64,000 nt of DNA, taken from the IMG/VR virus record IMGVR_UViG_3300017780_003084, positions 1-64,000 of that record; one strand, written 5' to 3'. Shown piece by piece: positions 30,579 through 42,121 of the stretch; position 1 is the stretch's first letter; each line of letters opens with the position of its first letter. The DNA comes from a virus. Its lineage: Duplodnaviria > Caudoviricetes. The translations under genes and the position numbers were made by a program. The notes under the pieces are model-generated. The model saw only the letters and a program-made list of their open reading frames with translations, was not told the DNA's origin and ran no database searches.

Positions 30579-31548
30579 CAATATATTGCTTATCTTCACC
30601 ACCATTGTAGCATTCACCTAGAAGAGTTTTACGATGTTGAATCCAGCCGCAATAGTTGCCACTCCAGAAATTGTAGTCTCGGTCTAGATGAGATATACCG
30701 ACTTGCCATGTGCAATGTTCGTCTGGATTGTTGCACATGTAAGTTTTTTCATTCATAGGAGTTGCTTGATGTTCCAAGGCACTACTATGCTTCCGTTCAT
30801 CACCTACAAGACGCTCATACAATTGCAAACACTTTTCTAGGTCATAGTCTTCATTGCGATATGATACAGCAGCACAACGAGCAGCAGACACTTTGATTGC
30901 TTGGTCTAAAGTAAGAACTCTACAATCTACTAATCGCTCCTCAATGTAATAAATAAATTTACCATCGTTGTCAAACGAAATGTCAACATAAGGCAAGTGC
31001 CACTCTCCAGCCTTCAACAACTGTGGAGTGCTACTATCATAAGCCTCTTTCATCTTACGAGCAAGCTCTGCAATTGTAGGGTCTGCCATCACGTCATCAC
31101 GCAGCCAGAAGAAATTGTTATACTCTGTTGCAGATACAATAGCTTTAATCATCTGGAATGGCTCAGTTAAGCGATTGTAGATTTGTTTGTGATATCCAGC
31201 TTCTTTGAATGCCTTTGAATACTCTATGGTTAATTTTTTAGCCTCATTCCAACCCTCTTCAGGTGAAAGATGACGAAATGATACGTCTCCGTCAATTTGA
31301 ATTTTCTTGGTGTGATTTTCTCCATTGTCCTGCATACCTTTCTGTGCAGCTCCGAATCGACTAGGAACTCCATCAAGCTGCTCTAGCATCTTGTCGAATG
31401 GAATAGCTCGTGAGCTTGCAGCATTGCGTGAGAACTGCCTGTGTGTCATAAATTCAGCCCAGACCAGACGAGGCACTTCAATCTCAAATGTCGTAAGTCG
31501 ATTTCCATTTTCGTTAATACTGTCACATAATACTTTTGCTTTAATCAT
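30571..31548 (-). CDS. thyX: Flavin-dependent thymidylate synthase
   Basis: EFMTHRQFSRNAASSRAIP signature; HKQIYNRL.EPF; HSSALEHQATP. Confidence 0.9.
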   Translation of the reverse strand: MIKAKVLCDSINENGNRLTTFEIEVPRLVWAEFMTHRQFSRNAASSRAIPFDKMLEQLDGVPSRFGAAQKGMQDNGENHTKKIQIDGDVSFRHLSPEEGWNEAKKLTIEYSKAFKEAGYHKQIYNRLTEPFQMIKAIVSATEYNNFFWLRDDVMADPTIAELARKMKEAYDSSTPQLLKAGEWHLPYVDISFDNDGKFIYYIEERLVDCRVLTLDQAIKVSAARCAAVSYRNEDYDLEKCLQLYERLVGDERKHSSALEHQATPMNEKTYMCNNPDEHCTWQVGISHLDRDYNFWSGNYCGWIQHRKTLLGECYNGGEDKQYIVV

Positions 31549-31556
31549 ACACTCTC

Positions 31557-32315
31557 CTATTCAACCACATAATATTTATCAAACACAAACTCTGCCACAC
31601 AATAACGATACTTAGCTCTATACGCCTCAGACACTCCATGATAGCTAGTAGCCTTAGCAATCCATCTGTCAGCATCTCCCTTACGCCTATAAAACTGAGA
31701 CACTTGCTGCATTGTCACTTCATTAATGACGCAATATGCTCTTACTTTGTCAATTTCTTTCATACGTCCTCCTTAAAGTCTTTCAAAATAATAGCTTTCT
31801 CTCCAGCACATTGAATTTTCTTTGTGCTGCCAACAGAGTTATTCCACCCAAAAGTTTTCACCACAACTGTGTGCAAGCTCTTATCAATAGCTGTCACTTT
31901 ACGAATATTCTGCACAGCAGTTTTACCATTCAACTCAGCATAAGCTAAATAGTCTCCCACTTTTATTTCTTCTCCAAACATGTCTTTGAACATATCACCC
32001 TCCAGCATTACGATTATTCATCTGCGTAGCTACTTCATCATAAACCATATCTGCAATATAGTCTTTCAGTAACACACCAAGCTGACTCTCAAATGTTGGT
32101 ATTTGTTCTGGAATTTCATCCTTTGAACGAGGATTTAAAATACCAAGCTTAACTGCTACATCATAGTGCACAAGCTTCCTAATTTCAGTTGTATGGGCAT
32201 AAGCTGAATACCCCGTTGTATTTTCTGGAACAGATTTTAATGAAACATTCACAAAATCCTTCTTATCACCTTGTTTACCACTAATATCACAAATATATGT
32301 TGTTACAATTGCCAT
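31557..32315 (-). CDS. Three hypothetical proteins
   Basis: 31557-31763, 31760-~31993, 31995-32315. Confidence 0.6.
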
Positions 32316-32327
32316 GTTATTTCTCCT

Positions 32328-32639
32328 TTAATCATAATTAATTCTCTCGCCCCAAGTATCTAACATCTGTCTCGGTACAATTGCTTCTGGACAGTCATCA
32401 ATCCAAACTTGTACGCAAATACCTTTATCAAACATAAATTTCTGCTTAGGCTTTCCACATGTGAAATAGATGTCAATAAGATGCCCTAAGTCATCTAACA
32501 CTTCCCTTCCATCATATTCTTCGCACCTTGCCGTAACACAAACTACAGTGTGACCTCGTGCAATTGCAGACTTGATAAACTCTGTCCAAAGTATTTTATC
32601 ACGAGTGAAAGTATCATCATAGTCTATAGATATAATCAT
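32328..32639 (-). CDS. HAD-like small phosphatase-fold protein
   Basis: IISIDYDDTF, CVTAR, WIDD.P. Confidence 0.75.
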   Translation of the reverse strand: MIISIDYDDTFTRDKILWTEFIKSAIARGHTVVCVTARCEEYDGREVLDDLGHLIDIYFTCGKPKQKFMFDKGICVQVWIDDCPEAIVPRQMLDTWGERINYD

Positions 32640-33058
32640 TTCTTCTCCTTTTCTCTAGAAAATATTAAGTTTCCAACTCTTTTATGCTTATCAGCCCACT
32701 TGTGCTTACTCTTATAGTGGTTGAAGTACAATGCTTGACTGGACAAGATGGGAGCCATATTATATGCTTTCCAGAACTTCGTCAAGAACATTTTATCTTT
32801 TACTATACGAATACTTGTACGAGCCACATACGGGAACTGGTTAGCCTTAAATATCGTTACATAAATCGTTTCACGATTCTTCCTAGACCTATTAAGCACA
32901 ACGTCTAAGACAGAACGAATCGTTACAACAGATTCTCCACGAGCTTCACGATAAGTGACGTACTGTAAGATTTGAATATCTGTAGGATGCTCCACAATAG
33001 CTGCCACAGAGCTTGCAGAAACAACAGAAAGCATTATAGAAGCTATTGTTTGTCTCAT
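32636..33058 (-). CDS. Cell-wall hydrolase (SleB / Hydrolase_2)
   Basis: Signal peptide; TYREARGES, VVLNR, NQFPY, ALYFN, VGNLIFS. Confidence 0.85.
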   Translation of the reverse strand: MRQTIASIMLSVVSASSVAAIVEHPTDIQILQYVTYREARGESVVTIRSVLDVVLNRSRKNRETIYVTIFKANQFPYVARTSIRIVKDKMFLTKFWKAYNMAPILSSQALYFNHYKSKHKWADKHKRVGNLIFSREKEKK

Positions 33059-33524
33059 GAGTTTTCCATATTCAAATAATCTACATAATTGTCAAGAACA
33101 TGTTTAGCTTCTTCAATTGTTTCAAACTCCTCTTCATCGAATTGGCTAGTTTCATATTCAAATTTGTAGTAGCACCTGTCATCAATAGTGACAAATCTGA
33201 ATACGTGCTTCACTTCTGTCTCTTTGAAGGAGTCAATTTCATTGTTGTTCATAGCTTTCCCACCAACTCAACAAACTCATCTGTATAGAATCCTTCTCCG
33301 TGATTCACTTCGAATATTTTATCATTCCAGTACATCTCATTAACTTTCATGTAGTAGTCTCCTAATTGTTTGTTAGTAGCTTCTAGCTCCATAATCTTTA
33401 AGTTAAGTTGTAAGTTGGTTTCATTGTCAGAAGCGCTCTGAGCTTCTAGTTTAGCATTCTCAATTTGCAATTGTCTACAAAATTCTAAAGCACAATCAAG
33501 CTCATCTTGTAATTCTTTAGTCAT
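33055..33524 (-). CDS. Two hypothetical proteins (acidic; coiled coil)
   Basis: 33055-33252 and 33249-33524, coupled. Confidence 0.6.
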
Positions 33525-33555
33525 AATTTCTCCTTATTTGTTAATCAATGGAAGA

Positions 33556-33584
33556 ATTCTACACAAGCAACCGATATGTGTCAA
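33556..33584 (-). promoter_or_regulatory. sigma70-type promoter
   Basis: TTGACA-17-TAGAAT. Confidence 0.75.
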
Positions 33585-33587
33585 GCT

Positions 33588-36071
33588 TTAATTGTAGGGT
33601 GCTGTAAAAGCATACGAACTCCATTTCTTATATAGCCAATGTTTATTTGCTTTAATAAACATATCAGCATTCCCAACAGAATCATAGAATGAGAAGTCTA
33701 TTTTATCATCATCTTTCATAGGATAAGGACAACCTGATAAAAGGATGTCATCTATGAACTTAATCTGACTTGGTGTGGCGCTCATTTGTAAGCCCTTTCT
33801 TAAACTCCACAGGAGCATAATAATTCCATAATGTGAAGTCTTCATCATAGAGCTTTTGCATTCTCATTAGCTGTACTTTCTCTTCACGTCCTTTGCGAGT
33901 GATTCTGTACTCATCTGAGAAATCATGTGTCCAATCATGCAGTAAAAGACACTTCTCATATAGGGCTATTGACATAATCTTCCCACTCCTCTAATTTAGT
34001 TAACACATTCTTCCAAGACGTTCTATCACACCACTGTCCCATTGTGTACAAACCAAAAACAGGGTTATCTCTACGTTGTTCGTCATCTTCCTTGAAAGCA
34101 TATTGAAGCTCTCGTAACATGAGCTTCTTAGTTTTATCTGGAACTGTGTCAAAGTTAGCTAGGAAGGCTTCTTCGAAGTCTGAGACAATATAGGATATAC
34201 GCCCAAATGCATAGCGAAAGCTACAAAACCATAATGTATCTAAATGTGGTTGTTTCATACACTCTCCATGACATGTAATAGACTTAATGAGTGTACAGAT
34301 AACTTACCCGCATGCTCACGCGAAATCAACTCTTTCAAATCTGCGTAATATTCCATGCCAAGTATCATTTCATCAGAATGATATATTCCATCAATAAGAA
34401 CTTGTTGTGAGTCATCCCAATACCCTGCACAATAATGGTAAACATATGTTGTCTTTTTCAAGTGATTGTTGTTAATTATCTCTTTCATACATTCTCCTTA
34501 CGCTTAACAGAATGCACAGGATGTAAAATATACTTAACACCAAGCAGCTCCTTAGCCTTCTCAAGCTTCTCAGCATTAGCTTGCTGCAGAGTTGCTATAG
34601 GTGACAAATCCTGCATACGTCCTGTTATGTTGTGCTTCATATCTGAATGGCTTGGACACTTCCCTAGGAAGAAATTCATTATATCCATTTATAATCCTTT
34701 CGATGTGAGTTAATTTCTTTAAATGGGTTGTAAATGTTCATATTAGTCCTGTGGTTGGTTGTCAAAATAAATTTGTTTAGCTGCGTTGAATGCGCTATGT
34801 AAGACTCCCCATTCCACACAACATGAATGATAGATGTGTGCCTTATCAGTTCCAATGTAGCTAAAACGTCTACGTACACTGTGTCTAGCCTTATGAACTC
34901 TCCAAGCTAAGTTGGCTAGGATTTTACGTTCTGTGCTCATACGTTCTCCTCAATAATTCTGAATGATAGTTCTGGGTCATGTCTGAGCGTTAACCCTGCT
35001 TCCCAAATTAGTTCTTCAAATACTTCACCATCTCTGTCAACAAGATAACAGTGTTGCCAGTAACTTCGCTCTCCTGTAGCTTTAATGTAAAATTCTATTT
35101 TCATACACTCTCCTGATTATTGACTAAAAAGCAATTGCAAAGTTATTTCTGCAAACTCACGAGCTTCTTCTAGGGAAACAACACCATCAGTGTTACTGTT
35201 TTTAGGGCTGTACAAATGAACTCCATCTTTCTCAAATCTCACAGCAATACGTTTGAAGCTAACGTCACGTTTATCTTGTATTGCAATAGCAATTTCAACC
35301 AACTCATCTCCACTCCCTTCAATACAAGCATCTGGTACAAGACGTTCAGACTTCATCCATTGTGTGTATTTACCTCCATACGGACTATCACACTCTTGCC
35401 ACCATTCTTTACCATCATGTTCTGTTCTTATTACAGTGTACCAATTATCTCCGCAATCATTAAGTTCAAGTCTCATTAAATCCTCCCAATTAATTTCATA
35501 AGCAAATTGCTAGGCTCAATTCTAGGTGTATTATCAGAGTATGTCAAGAAGTTTGTGGAAGGTTGTTCCATTTCATCTATCCAAAATACATCACGAGTTT
35601 TCTCTATTGTGTATATTGTTTGAGTATACCCTTGCGCTATCATAACTCTCTTCATCATTTCTACAGCAAGAGATTTACCACTGTAACTGCCTCCACCGAC
35701 GATTAACACTCTCTTATCATCTTTTGTATACAGTTCTTCGTTCATGTGTCCTCTTTCGTAGATAAATTAGCAGCAGCTCTAACAATAGCACGCCTTACTG
35801 CCGCGCATTTATCGTCACAATGGTGATACACATCTTCACGAAACAACTCACTACTACCATACACAGAAGCTCTCTGATAACCTCTTGAGCACTCTACTTG
35901 CATATTCAGCCTTGCCATCAATCCAAAAGCATCTCCATTATTCAAAAGAGGGTTGAACATCCCAATACTAGATTCATAGGTGGCGTACATTTGACTCCAC
36001 CTGTAGAGTTCAATTCCTGCAGCTTTTGCTGCTAACCCTATTAATGCTTTATCTGAGTCTGTAGTAGTCAT
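33588..36071 (-). CDS. Run of about ten small hypothetical ORFs
   Basis: Tightly coupled ORFs with RBS, e.g. 33760-33975, 33956-34258, 34255-34488, 34485-34688, 34743-34940, 35117-35476, 35476-35745, 35742-36071. Confidence 0.6.
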
Positions 36072-36727
36072 TATGAGTTTCCTTTCATAGATATTTGCTT
36101 CTGCAATTGGTTCCACTTACTCTCAAGTTCCTTGAAAGCCTCAGCACAAGAATATTGCTTCTTGTATGTGCTGACAGTTTTCTCTGAGATTTGATGACGA
36201 TGTGCTACATTCATACGAGAAACACCAGCTTGCAAGTCTGCTAGGATAGCTTTGATTTTGTTTGGGGAGTTTGTTTGTTGACGACCACAGATCACGCCCT
36301 GCGACTTCGCCCTAGCAATACCCTCCTTTACTTCTTTACGGAGATTATCAATATAAACTTCTGCCAAACCTGCTAACACACCTACAATCATCTTACCTGC
36401 AGGGCTGTCAATGTCAACACCACCAATTTCCATGACACGTACAGTGACCCCTATTTTCTTGCAGTCACGTATAGTTGAGAGAATGTCGATAGTATCCCTG
36501 CCAAGGCGAGAAATACTTTTTATGATAAGTACATCCCCTATAACAAAATTCTTATACATATTACCAAACATTTTACGCTGTAGGGCTGGTATTGTACCAG
36601 ATGTGCCTTCATCTTCTGGAACCCATACATCTACTTTGAAGCCAGCTCTCTCAATGGCATCTTTCTGTGTCTCCATAGTCTGCTCTTTATCATCCGTACT
36701 TATACGACAGTATGCGTAAATTGTCAT
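36071..36727 (-). CDS. Serine recombinase, resolvase/invertase type with C-terminal HTH
   Basis: IYAYCRISTD..Q (catalytic Ser), DEGTSG..R, GDVLIIKSISRLGR, GKMIVGVLAGLAE, GIARAKSQG..GR, HTH SRMNVAHRHQISEKTV; RBS GGAGA. Confidence 0.93.
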   Translation of the reverse strand: MTIYAYCRISTDDKEQTMETQKDAIERAGFKVDVWVPEDEGTSGTIPALQRKMFGNMYKNFVIGDVLIIKSISRLGRDTIDILSTIRDCKKIGVTVRVMEIGGVDIDSPAGKMIVGVLAGLAEVYIDNLRKEVKEGIARAKSQGVICGRQQTNSPNKIKAILADLQAGVSRMNVAHRHQISEKTVSTYKKQYSCAEAFKELESKWNQLQKQISMKGNS

Positions 36728-36762
36728 TCGAATTTCTCCAAGAATTGTTGAATGGACGTATA

Positions 36763-39030
36763 TTATTCCCAAACGTCTAAGCTGTCAACCATTTTCTGTA
36801 ACTTCTCTTTGCATCGTTTATCAATCTCATAATCCAGAGCTTCTTTATCTTTCATTAAAACAACCCATTCATCTGTCTCTTTCAACTTTTTCTCTTGTTG
36901 CTCCATTTTTTGATTCATCATACGAGTAGCCCAATTCTCAAGAATAGGCTCTAACAATTCATGTCGAATTTCTACACCATTCAAGCTAATCTGAATATCC
37001 ACTTTACGGACATCATAATCTGCAGCACTGGTAATTTTTGATAAATCTTTAAGTTCAGCTTGAAGAATCAAGTGAGATAAATATGTTGGTTTTTTAAATT
37101 CATTGTGTAAGTCGATTGTTGTCATGGCACTCCTCATTTAGTTCTGATTGCACTTAGCTTCAGGGTCTTTCCTACCACACCCATATTTACATTCTTCACA
37201 AGACAGAGATGAGTTGTAGTGACAACCGTAGTCTCCATTCCATTCATCGTAATATCCTGTACACTTTGGATGTTTAGTAAGCAATTCTTCTGCCTCGATT
37301 AAAGTAGCTCCAAATCCAGAGTCCTCTACAGAATCTAAAGCTGCTCGTAACTCATCTGGAGTCATCTCTCTGAGTTCTTGTAATACTTTATCTAGTGCTT
37401 CGTCTTCAGTCATTATTCCTCCCAATATCGTCTAGGTTCTGGTAGTGTATCCCACTGAAAATCTTTCATCAATTGTGTTATGAAACAAATTGCAGGATAG
37501 TTGTCAAGTTGAAACAACACTTGTGAGTCCTCGTCACAACCCTTCCAATAGCTGCAAACAAAATGTTGTCCTAACCTCATTTCTGAAGGGCATAAGGATA
37601 AGAATTCTTGTAAAATCATAACTTCGCTCCAACTGTAAGAAATGCCAAGTAGTTCTCATATTCCTCTTTAGAAATAATCTCCACTTCTTCTCCTGCGAAG
37701 AAATGTACTACATTACCTCCTAGTTTACAGAAGGAGTACATGCCATCTACGTGATCGAAGAAGAGGCATTCTCCATCAGGCTGCCTGCGTATATAGCTTT
37801 GTCTTGGTACGTTGTATAGTTTCATCTCATTTCTCCTTTAAAATCTAATCGCGTAGCTGTGAAACAGTGTGAATTCTTCCAATCTTGTGTAGTAGATGGC
37901 ATTGTTGCAGAGTTTGTATCTATGAATATCTTCTGCTAAAACTTCTTTAATTCCAAACTTTGTTACAACAGGGTATGTTTTACCTTCTACAATCCTCACA
38001 GGGATCTTCACACTTGTCATCTCATTTCTCCTTCAATTTACCAACAAACCACACAGCTCCAACCATAGCTAAAGCTCCTCGGAAGAACCCGTTGAAGTGT
38101 TCTGATACTCCTTGTACCAAGACTGTCATAATGGAAGCCAGCACAATAGCTACACACAGCTCAATAATAAACCACATGAATTCTTTCATTTGTTATCCTT
38201 TAGTTAATCAAATCAGCAAGACTCTCAGCTTCCACAATCACTTGGTAGAGTCCTTCGCTGCGAGAATTCTCCCAAGCCTTCTCAAACAACTTCTCGCGCT
38301 TAGGATGGTGTGTAATACCAAGTTCCTCAAATAAATCTTGCTTGAATTCTTTAAGCAAATTTGCTTTCTCTTCACTATATTGCTTTAGATGCTCTTTATA
38401 AGATTTTTCATCTAGCACAGTTTCTTTTACAGAGAAGTCTGAGGGTTTTACCTCTGTGGCACAATTTCCAACACATACTCCAGCTTTGTAATAGTATGTT
38501 GTTTGGTAGTCTTGCTTGTTAGGATAGGTTGTTGTCATTGTTGTGTAGTAGGTCATGTTTTTCATTGTGTTCTCCTTAGTCTTCGTATTTATTAAAACTC
38601 ATTTCAAGTTTAGCTCTTGCAAAAGCTTGAGTGTAACATTCATTAATCTTTTCTGCAAGCTCAAAATCTGAAGGGAAACATGTAGACATACCTACACTGA
38701 GCTTTCTAGAATTGACATAATTACTTATTCGGAGGTATTCCAATTTTCTACCTTCTTTATCCCATATAGAGTTGTATACAATAACGCCTGCACTAATCAT
38801 AAACTTCTCAGAATTCTTTCTGTCACCTTCTACGTATATTTCCATACATTGTTTCACGATAATTCTCCTTAGTTAACAATGTTGAATGCATTTAAAATCA
38901 ACAAGGTAGCTAATACTAGAGGGCAAAACTTGAACAACATTTTATTTAGAAATCCTCTACCAACTGAGCAACTTATCCATAGTAGGTATACTGCTACGAT
39001 AATTTGAACGATGAATGTGAAAGTTGTGTA
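36763..39030 (-). CDS. Run of small hypothetical and membrane ORFs
   Basis: 36763-37125, 37138-~37413, 37413-37619, 37616-37825, 37838-38020, 38200-38565, 38576-~38855 and two small TM ORFs. Confidence 0.6.
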
Positions 39031-39064
39031 CATTTAATTCTCCTGTGTTGTTGAATGTGTAGCC

Positions 39065-39093
39065 ATTATTACGTATTTAAAATAGGTTGTCAA
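39065..39093 (-). promoter_or_regulatory. Leftward sigma70 promoter of the divergent pair
   Basis: TTGACA-17-AATAAT. Confidence 0.7.
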
Positions 39094-39113
39094 GGGATTT
39101 GTTGAAATAATTT

Positions 39114-39193
39114 TGTCAGGAAAACGTAACACAAATTTGCACGGTAACACAAACTCTGTTACTGAGCAAAATAATGTTACAATCAGCTTGACA
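39114..39193. repeat. Symmetric GTAACA/TGTTAC array
   Basis: GTAACACAAA at 39126 and 39144; TGTTAC at 39157 and 39175; flanked by TGTCAG (39114) and TTGACA (39188). Confidence 0.8.
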
Positions 39194-39216
39194 TACGAAA
39201 TTAGATGAGATATTAT
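39188..39216 (+). promoter_or_regulatory. Rightward sigma70 promoter
   Basis: TTGACA-17-TATTAT; RBS AAGGAGAA downstream. Confidence 0.75.
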
Positions 39217-39250
39217 TCTCACATTCGCTAACAAACACAAGGAGAAAATC

Positions 39251-39481
39251 ATGGAATTAATTATTGGTGGAAAATACAATTGGAAGCATCAACCTGAACG
39301 TTTAGTTTACTTAGGTCGTAACTGGAGCGGCAATGGTTATTGGCATCAGTTTGCTTTGGTAGATAAACCAGAGATAATATGGTGTGAAGTAGTGACAGAT
39401 GATTTACGTATGTTCGAAGAAACTATTAAGCCTAATCTTACACGTAACCAAGCTAAAAAACTGAGAAGGAAATCAAAATGA
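39251..39481 (+). CDS. Hypothetical protein
   Basis: Strong RBS; first gene after the promoter. Confidence 0.75.
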   Translation: MELIIGGKYNWKHQPERLVYLGRNWSGNGYWHQFALVDKPEIIWCEVVTDDLRMFEETIKPNLTRNQAKKLRRKSK

Positions 39482-40146
39482 AACTATTATACACAATACT
39501 CTTAACACTTTCCCTCTCAGCTTGTGGAGGAGGGAATTACGAAGAAGAATGCCCTGAGAAATTGCAATACACAACAGCTGTGTCAGCTCCTCCAGCAGCT
39601 CCATTGAAAATTGTCACAATAGGTGACTCTGAGACAGCAGGAGCTGTAAGCACTCCAACAGGATTTGTAAACATTCCAGAGGCTTCCTATCCTGCTCGTT
39701 TACAAGGATTGTTAGGCAGCAAAGCTGTTGTAACCAACTTAGGAGCTAACAGTGAGAACCTAGTTGAAGTTTGGGGAAATCAGTTCTTTGAGGCTGTTAA
39801 ATTGCAGCCTGATATCCTAATTGTCTCTACAACATTAAATGATGCTGGTGATAGTTTGGACATGGAACTGATACGTGTTATTTACAGCCTAATGCACATA
39901 TACTACCTACCTAATACTCGTATCATTGTATTGACACCGCTGAAGGCACATGTTAGTATCTCACCTACTGTGCTTCAAGGTTATACAAACAATCTCTACA
40001 GCATAAATGTGCCTAATGTAGAATTGTTCGATGTAGGTGCTTATGACACACCAGATTGGTATTGTGGACACGAGGACTTCCATCCTTGTGAATATGGGTA
40101 TAGAGAGATGGCACGTTATGTAGCACAATATTTAAACATTAATTAA
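39478..40146 (+). CDS. SGNH/GDSL hydrolase lipoprotein
   Basis: Lipobox LSAC at residue 16; blocks IGDSET, NLGANSE, TLND, DFHP. Confidence 0.85.
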   Translation: MKLLYTILLTLSLSACGGGNYEEECPEKLQYTTAVSAPPAAPLKIVTIGDSETAGAVSTPTGFVNIPEASYPARLQGLLGSKAVVTNLGANSENLVEVWGNQFFEAVKLQPDILIVSTTLNDAGDSLDMELIRVIYSLMHIYYLPNTRIIVLTPLKAHVSISPTVLQGYTNNLYSINVPNVELFDVGAYDTPDWYCGHEDFHPCEYGYREMARYVAQYLNIN

Positions 40147-40157
40147 AGGAGAATAGA

Positions 40158-40694
40158 ATGACAAAAGTATTTAAAGCAGGTGATAAAGTGATTCGTACAG
40201 AATCATTTAATGTAGGAGGTGATTTTGGATTTATGCAAAAAGGTAGAGAGTATGTTGTGAAATCAATGCCCTCACAATTGTTATTAGAAGTAGAAGGTTG
40301 TGGAATGCGCTATGACATTAGATGTTTTGAACTTGTACAGCCAGCATTCAAAGCCATGAAGTTTAGAGTGTATTCTCCAGAGCAGTCTAAAGAGATTCAG
40401 GAAGCTTTGTTTTCTATGGGATATGCTTGGGCTGCTAAAAACCAGCAAGTGATATATCTAGGTTCAAAGTGGTTAACTTCTTGGGATGATGGAAGTTTAG
40501 GTGTAGATGAACATGCATTCAATCTTAACACAGGTGAAGAACATACACTCAAGACTACAAAATCTTACGAGTTCACTCCTGTTACTCATGCAGTTATTGA
40601 AGAAACCACTGAAGAAACCATTGAGCTAATGGGGCAGAAGTATTCTAAGAAAGAATTGGAAAATGCTTTGAGAGGGTTGAAGCCAATTGAATAG
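40158..40694 (+). CDS. Hypothetical protein
   Basis: RBS AAAGGAGAA; 178 aa. Confidence 0.7.
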   Translation: MTKVFKAGDKVIRTESFNVGGDFGFMQKGREYVVKSMPSQLLLEVEGCGMRYDIRCFELVQPAFKAMKFRVYSPEQSKEIQEALFSMGYAWAAKNQQVIYLGSKWLTSWDDGSLGVDEHAFNLNTGEEHTLKTTKSYEFTPVTHAVIEETTEETIELMGQKYSKKELENALRGLKPIE

Positions 40695-40840
40695 GAATTT
40701 TCAATTATTTTGAGATTCGTTGAACTTTTTCAAAGTCATTTGACCTAGGAAAATACGAATTGTCTTGGAAAATGTAATTTGAATAACACAAATGTGTAGG
40801 ATATTGCGCTTTATAGCATAAATGCATCATAATGTGCTAA

Positions 40841-41537
40841 ATGTTACACATTTGCATCCAATGTATAGGAGGAAATATGGAGAAGATGTATTACAAAGAT
40901 AGGGAGATTTTGCTAGTGGAGTGTGAAGAAGGTGTTTCACTGTGTAATGGCTGCGTGCTGGAGGATGAAAATCACTACACTAAAGCTATTAGCCCACAAC
41001 AAAGTGTTAATGTATGCTGTCCTAAGTATACAGGGAAGTTTTATATATTTAAATTTAAAGGAGAAGAATTATGAAAGTTGTACGTAAAAAAGTTGAACCA
41101 GTGTTTATCCCAATCACCATCACATTAGAAACTAAGGCAGAGTATTACAGCTTGTTAGCTACTCTCGGCAGCAGTCATTTCAAGGGAGAGTTGCAAGAGC
41201 TTGATAACATGGGTATTACTGTTACTCCTGAGTATGAAAGCCCTTCTGATAATTTGCATGTAATGCTGCAAAACTTATTCAACGAAATACGAGGGGAAAT
41301 AATATGACTATTAAAGTGACACAAGAAGAAGCTAAGTTTTGTCCAGTGACAATCGTTATCGATGATGGGCGTACAGCTAATTTATTGAAGCACTGTATTG
41401 GTATTTGTCTAAATACCTTTGATGCCTCAGATGTTAAAGGTATTGTATGCACAATCGAGACTCAACAAGATTATGATGAAAGCAGAAATGAATTGAAGTC
41501 ATTAAAACTTGGGTTAGAAGACATCTGTAAACTATAA
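40841..41537 (+). CDS. Three small hypothetical proteins (~40878-41074, 41071-41307, 41304-41537)
   Basis: Preceded by a TTGCGC-18-CATAAT promoter (40804-40833); the last two share an F.P.TI motif. Confidence 0.65.
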
Positions 41538-41542
41538 ACAAC

Positions 41543-41580
41543 AAGCCCTGTCATTCCTTTCGGAAGCAGGGCTTTCTCTT
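41543..41580 (+). terminator. Intrinsic terminator
   Basis: AAGCCCTG..TTCC.TTTC.GGAA..CAGGGCTTT followed by TCTCTT. Confidence 0.8.
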
Positions 41581-41599
41581 GTGTGCTATATGACTTTCT

Positions 41600-42060
41600 A
41601 AAATAATTTCAAATAAAAATATTTATAAAAAATTTTAAGGCCAACCTTCGCAGTATAATAATCATTCTCCCTCCCCATGAATTCCTCGTTTTCAACCAGC
41701 TTTGTCAAGGATGCTTTACATCAACATATAGCTATATAACTATTTACGCATAGATGCAAATACGTATATAAGCATGTAAAGCACGTTTGACTTTTCTTGT
41801 AATTGCGCTGGCAAGCTTAGAACGATCACAGAATGCCGTGTATGCTTGCGAGGACGTGCTAGAATCGTTTTAAAACACTAGGTAGGATACTTACTAACCT
41901 AACGCATTTAAACAGCTCAAAGAGGCTTAAAACACGTATTAGACCATAACGCGCAATATCGGATTAATAGCGCAATTCCAAGGAAGGCGAAACGAGGCAT
42001 AAGCTAGCTTCTGAATAAGATAATAAGCTTATGAGTGCAATCAAGAAACCGATTGCGAAG
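41600..42060. other. Non-coding region with an A/T tract, a C-rich patch and TTTAAAAC/AATCGTTTT motifs; candidate genome-end boundary
   Basis: No plausible ORF; motifs are echoed at 47450-47790. Confidence 0.5.
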
Positions 42061-42075
42061 GGAAATACTTTGATG

Positions 42076-42115
42076 CTGTAACAGGCTAAAGCTTTCTAGT
42101 TTTAGTCCGTTACAG
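42076..42115. terminator. Long hairpin closing the leftward early transcript
   Basis: CTGTAAC.GGCTAAA...TTTAGTC.GTTACAG. Confidence 0.65.
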
Positions 42116-42121
42116 AATTAT

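Noticed and set aside
39034-39279. Track ORF across the divergent promoter region
   Set aside because: It overlaps both promoters and the operator array, opposes a well-supported gene and has no RBS.
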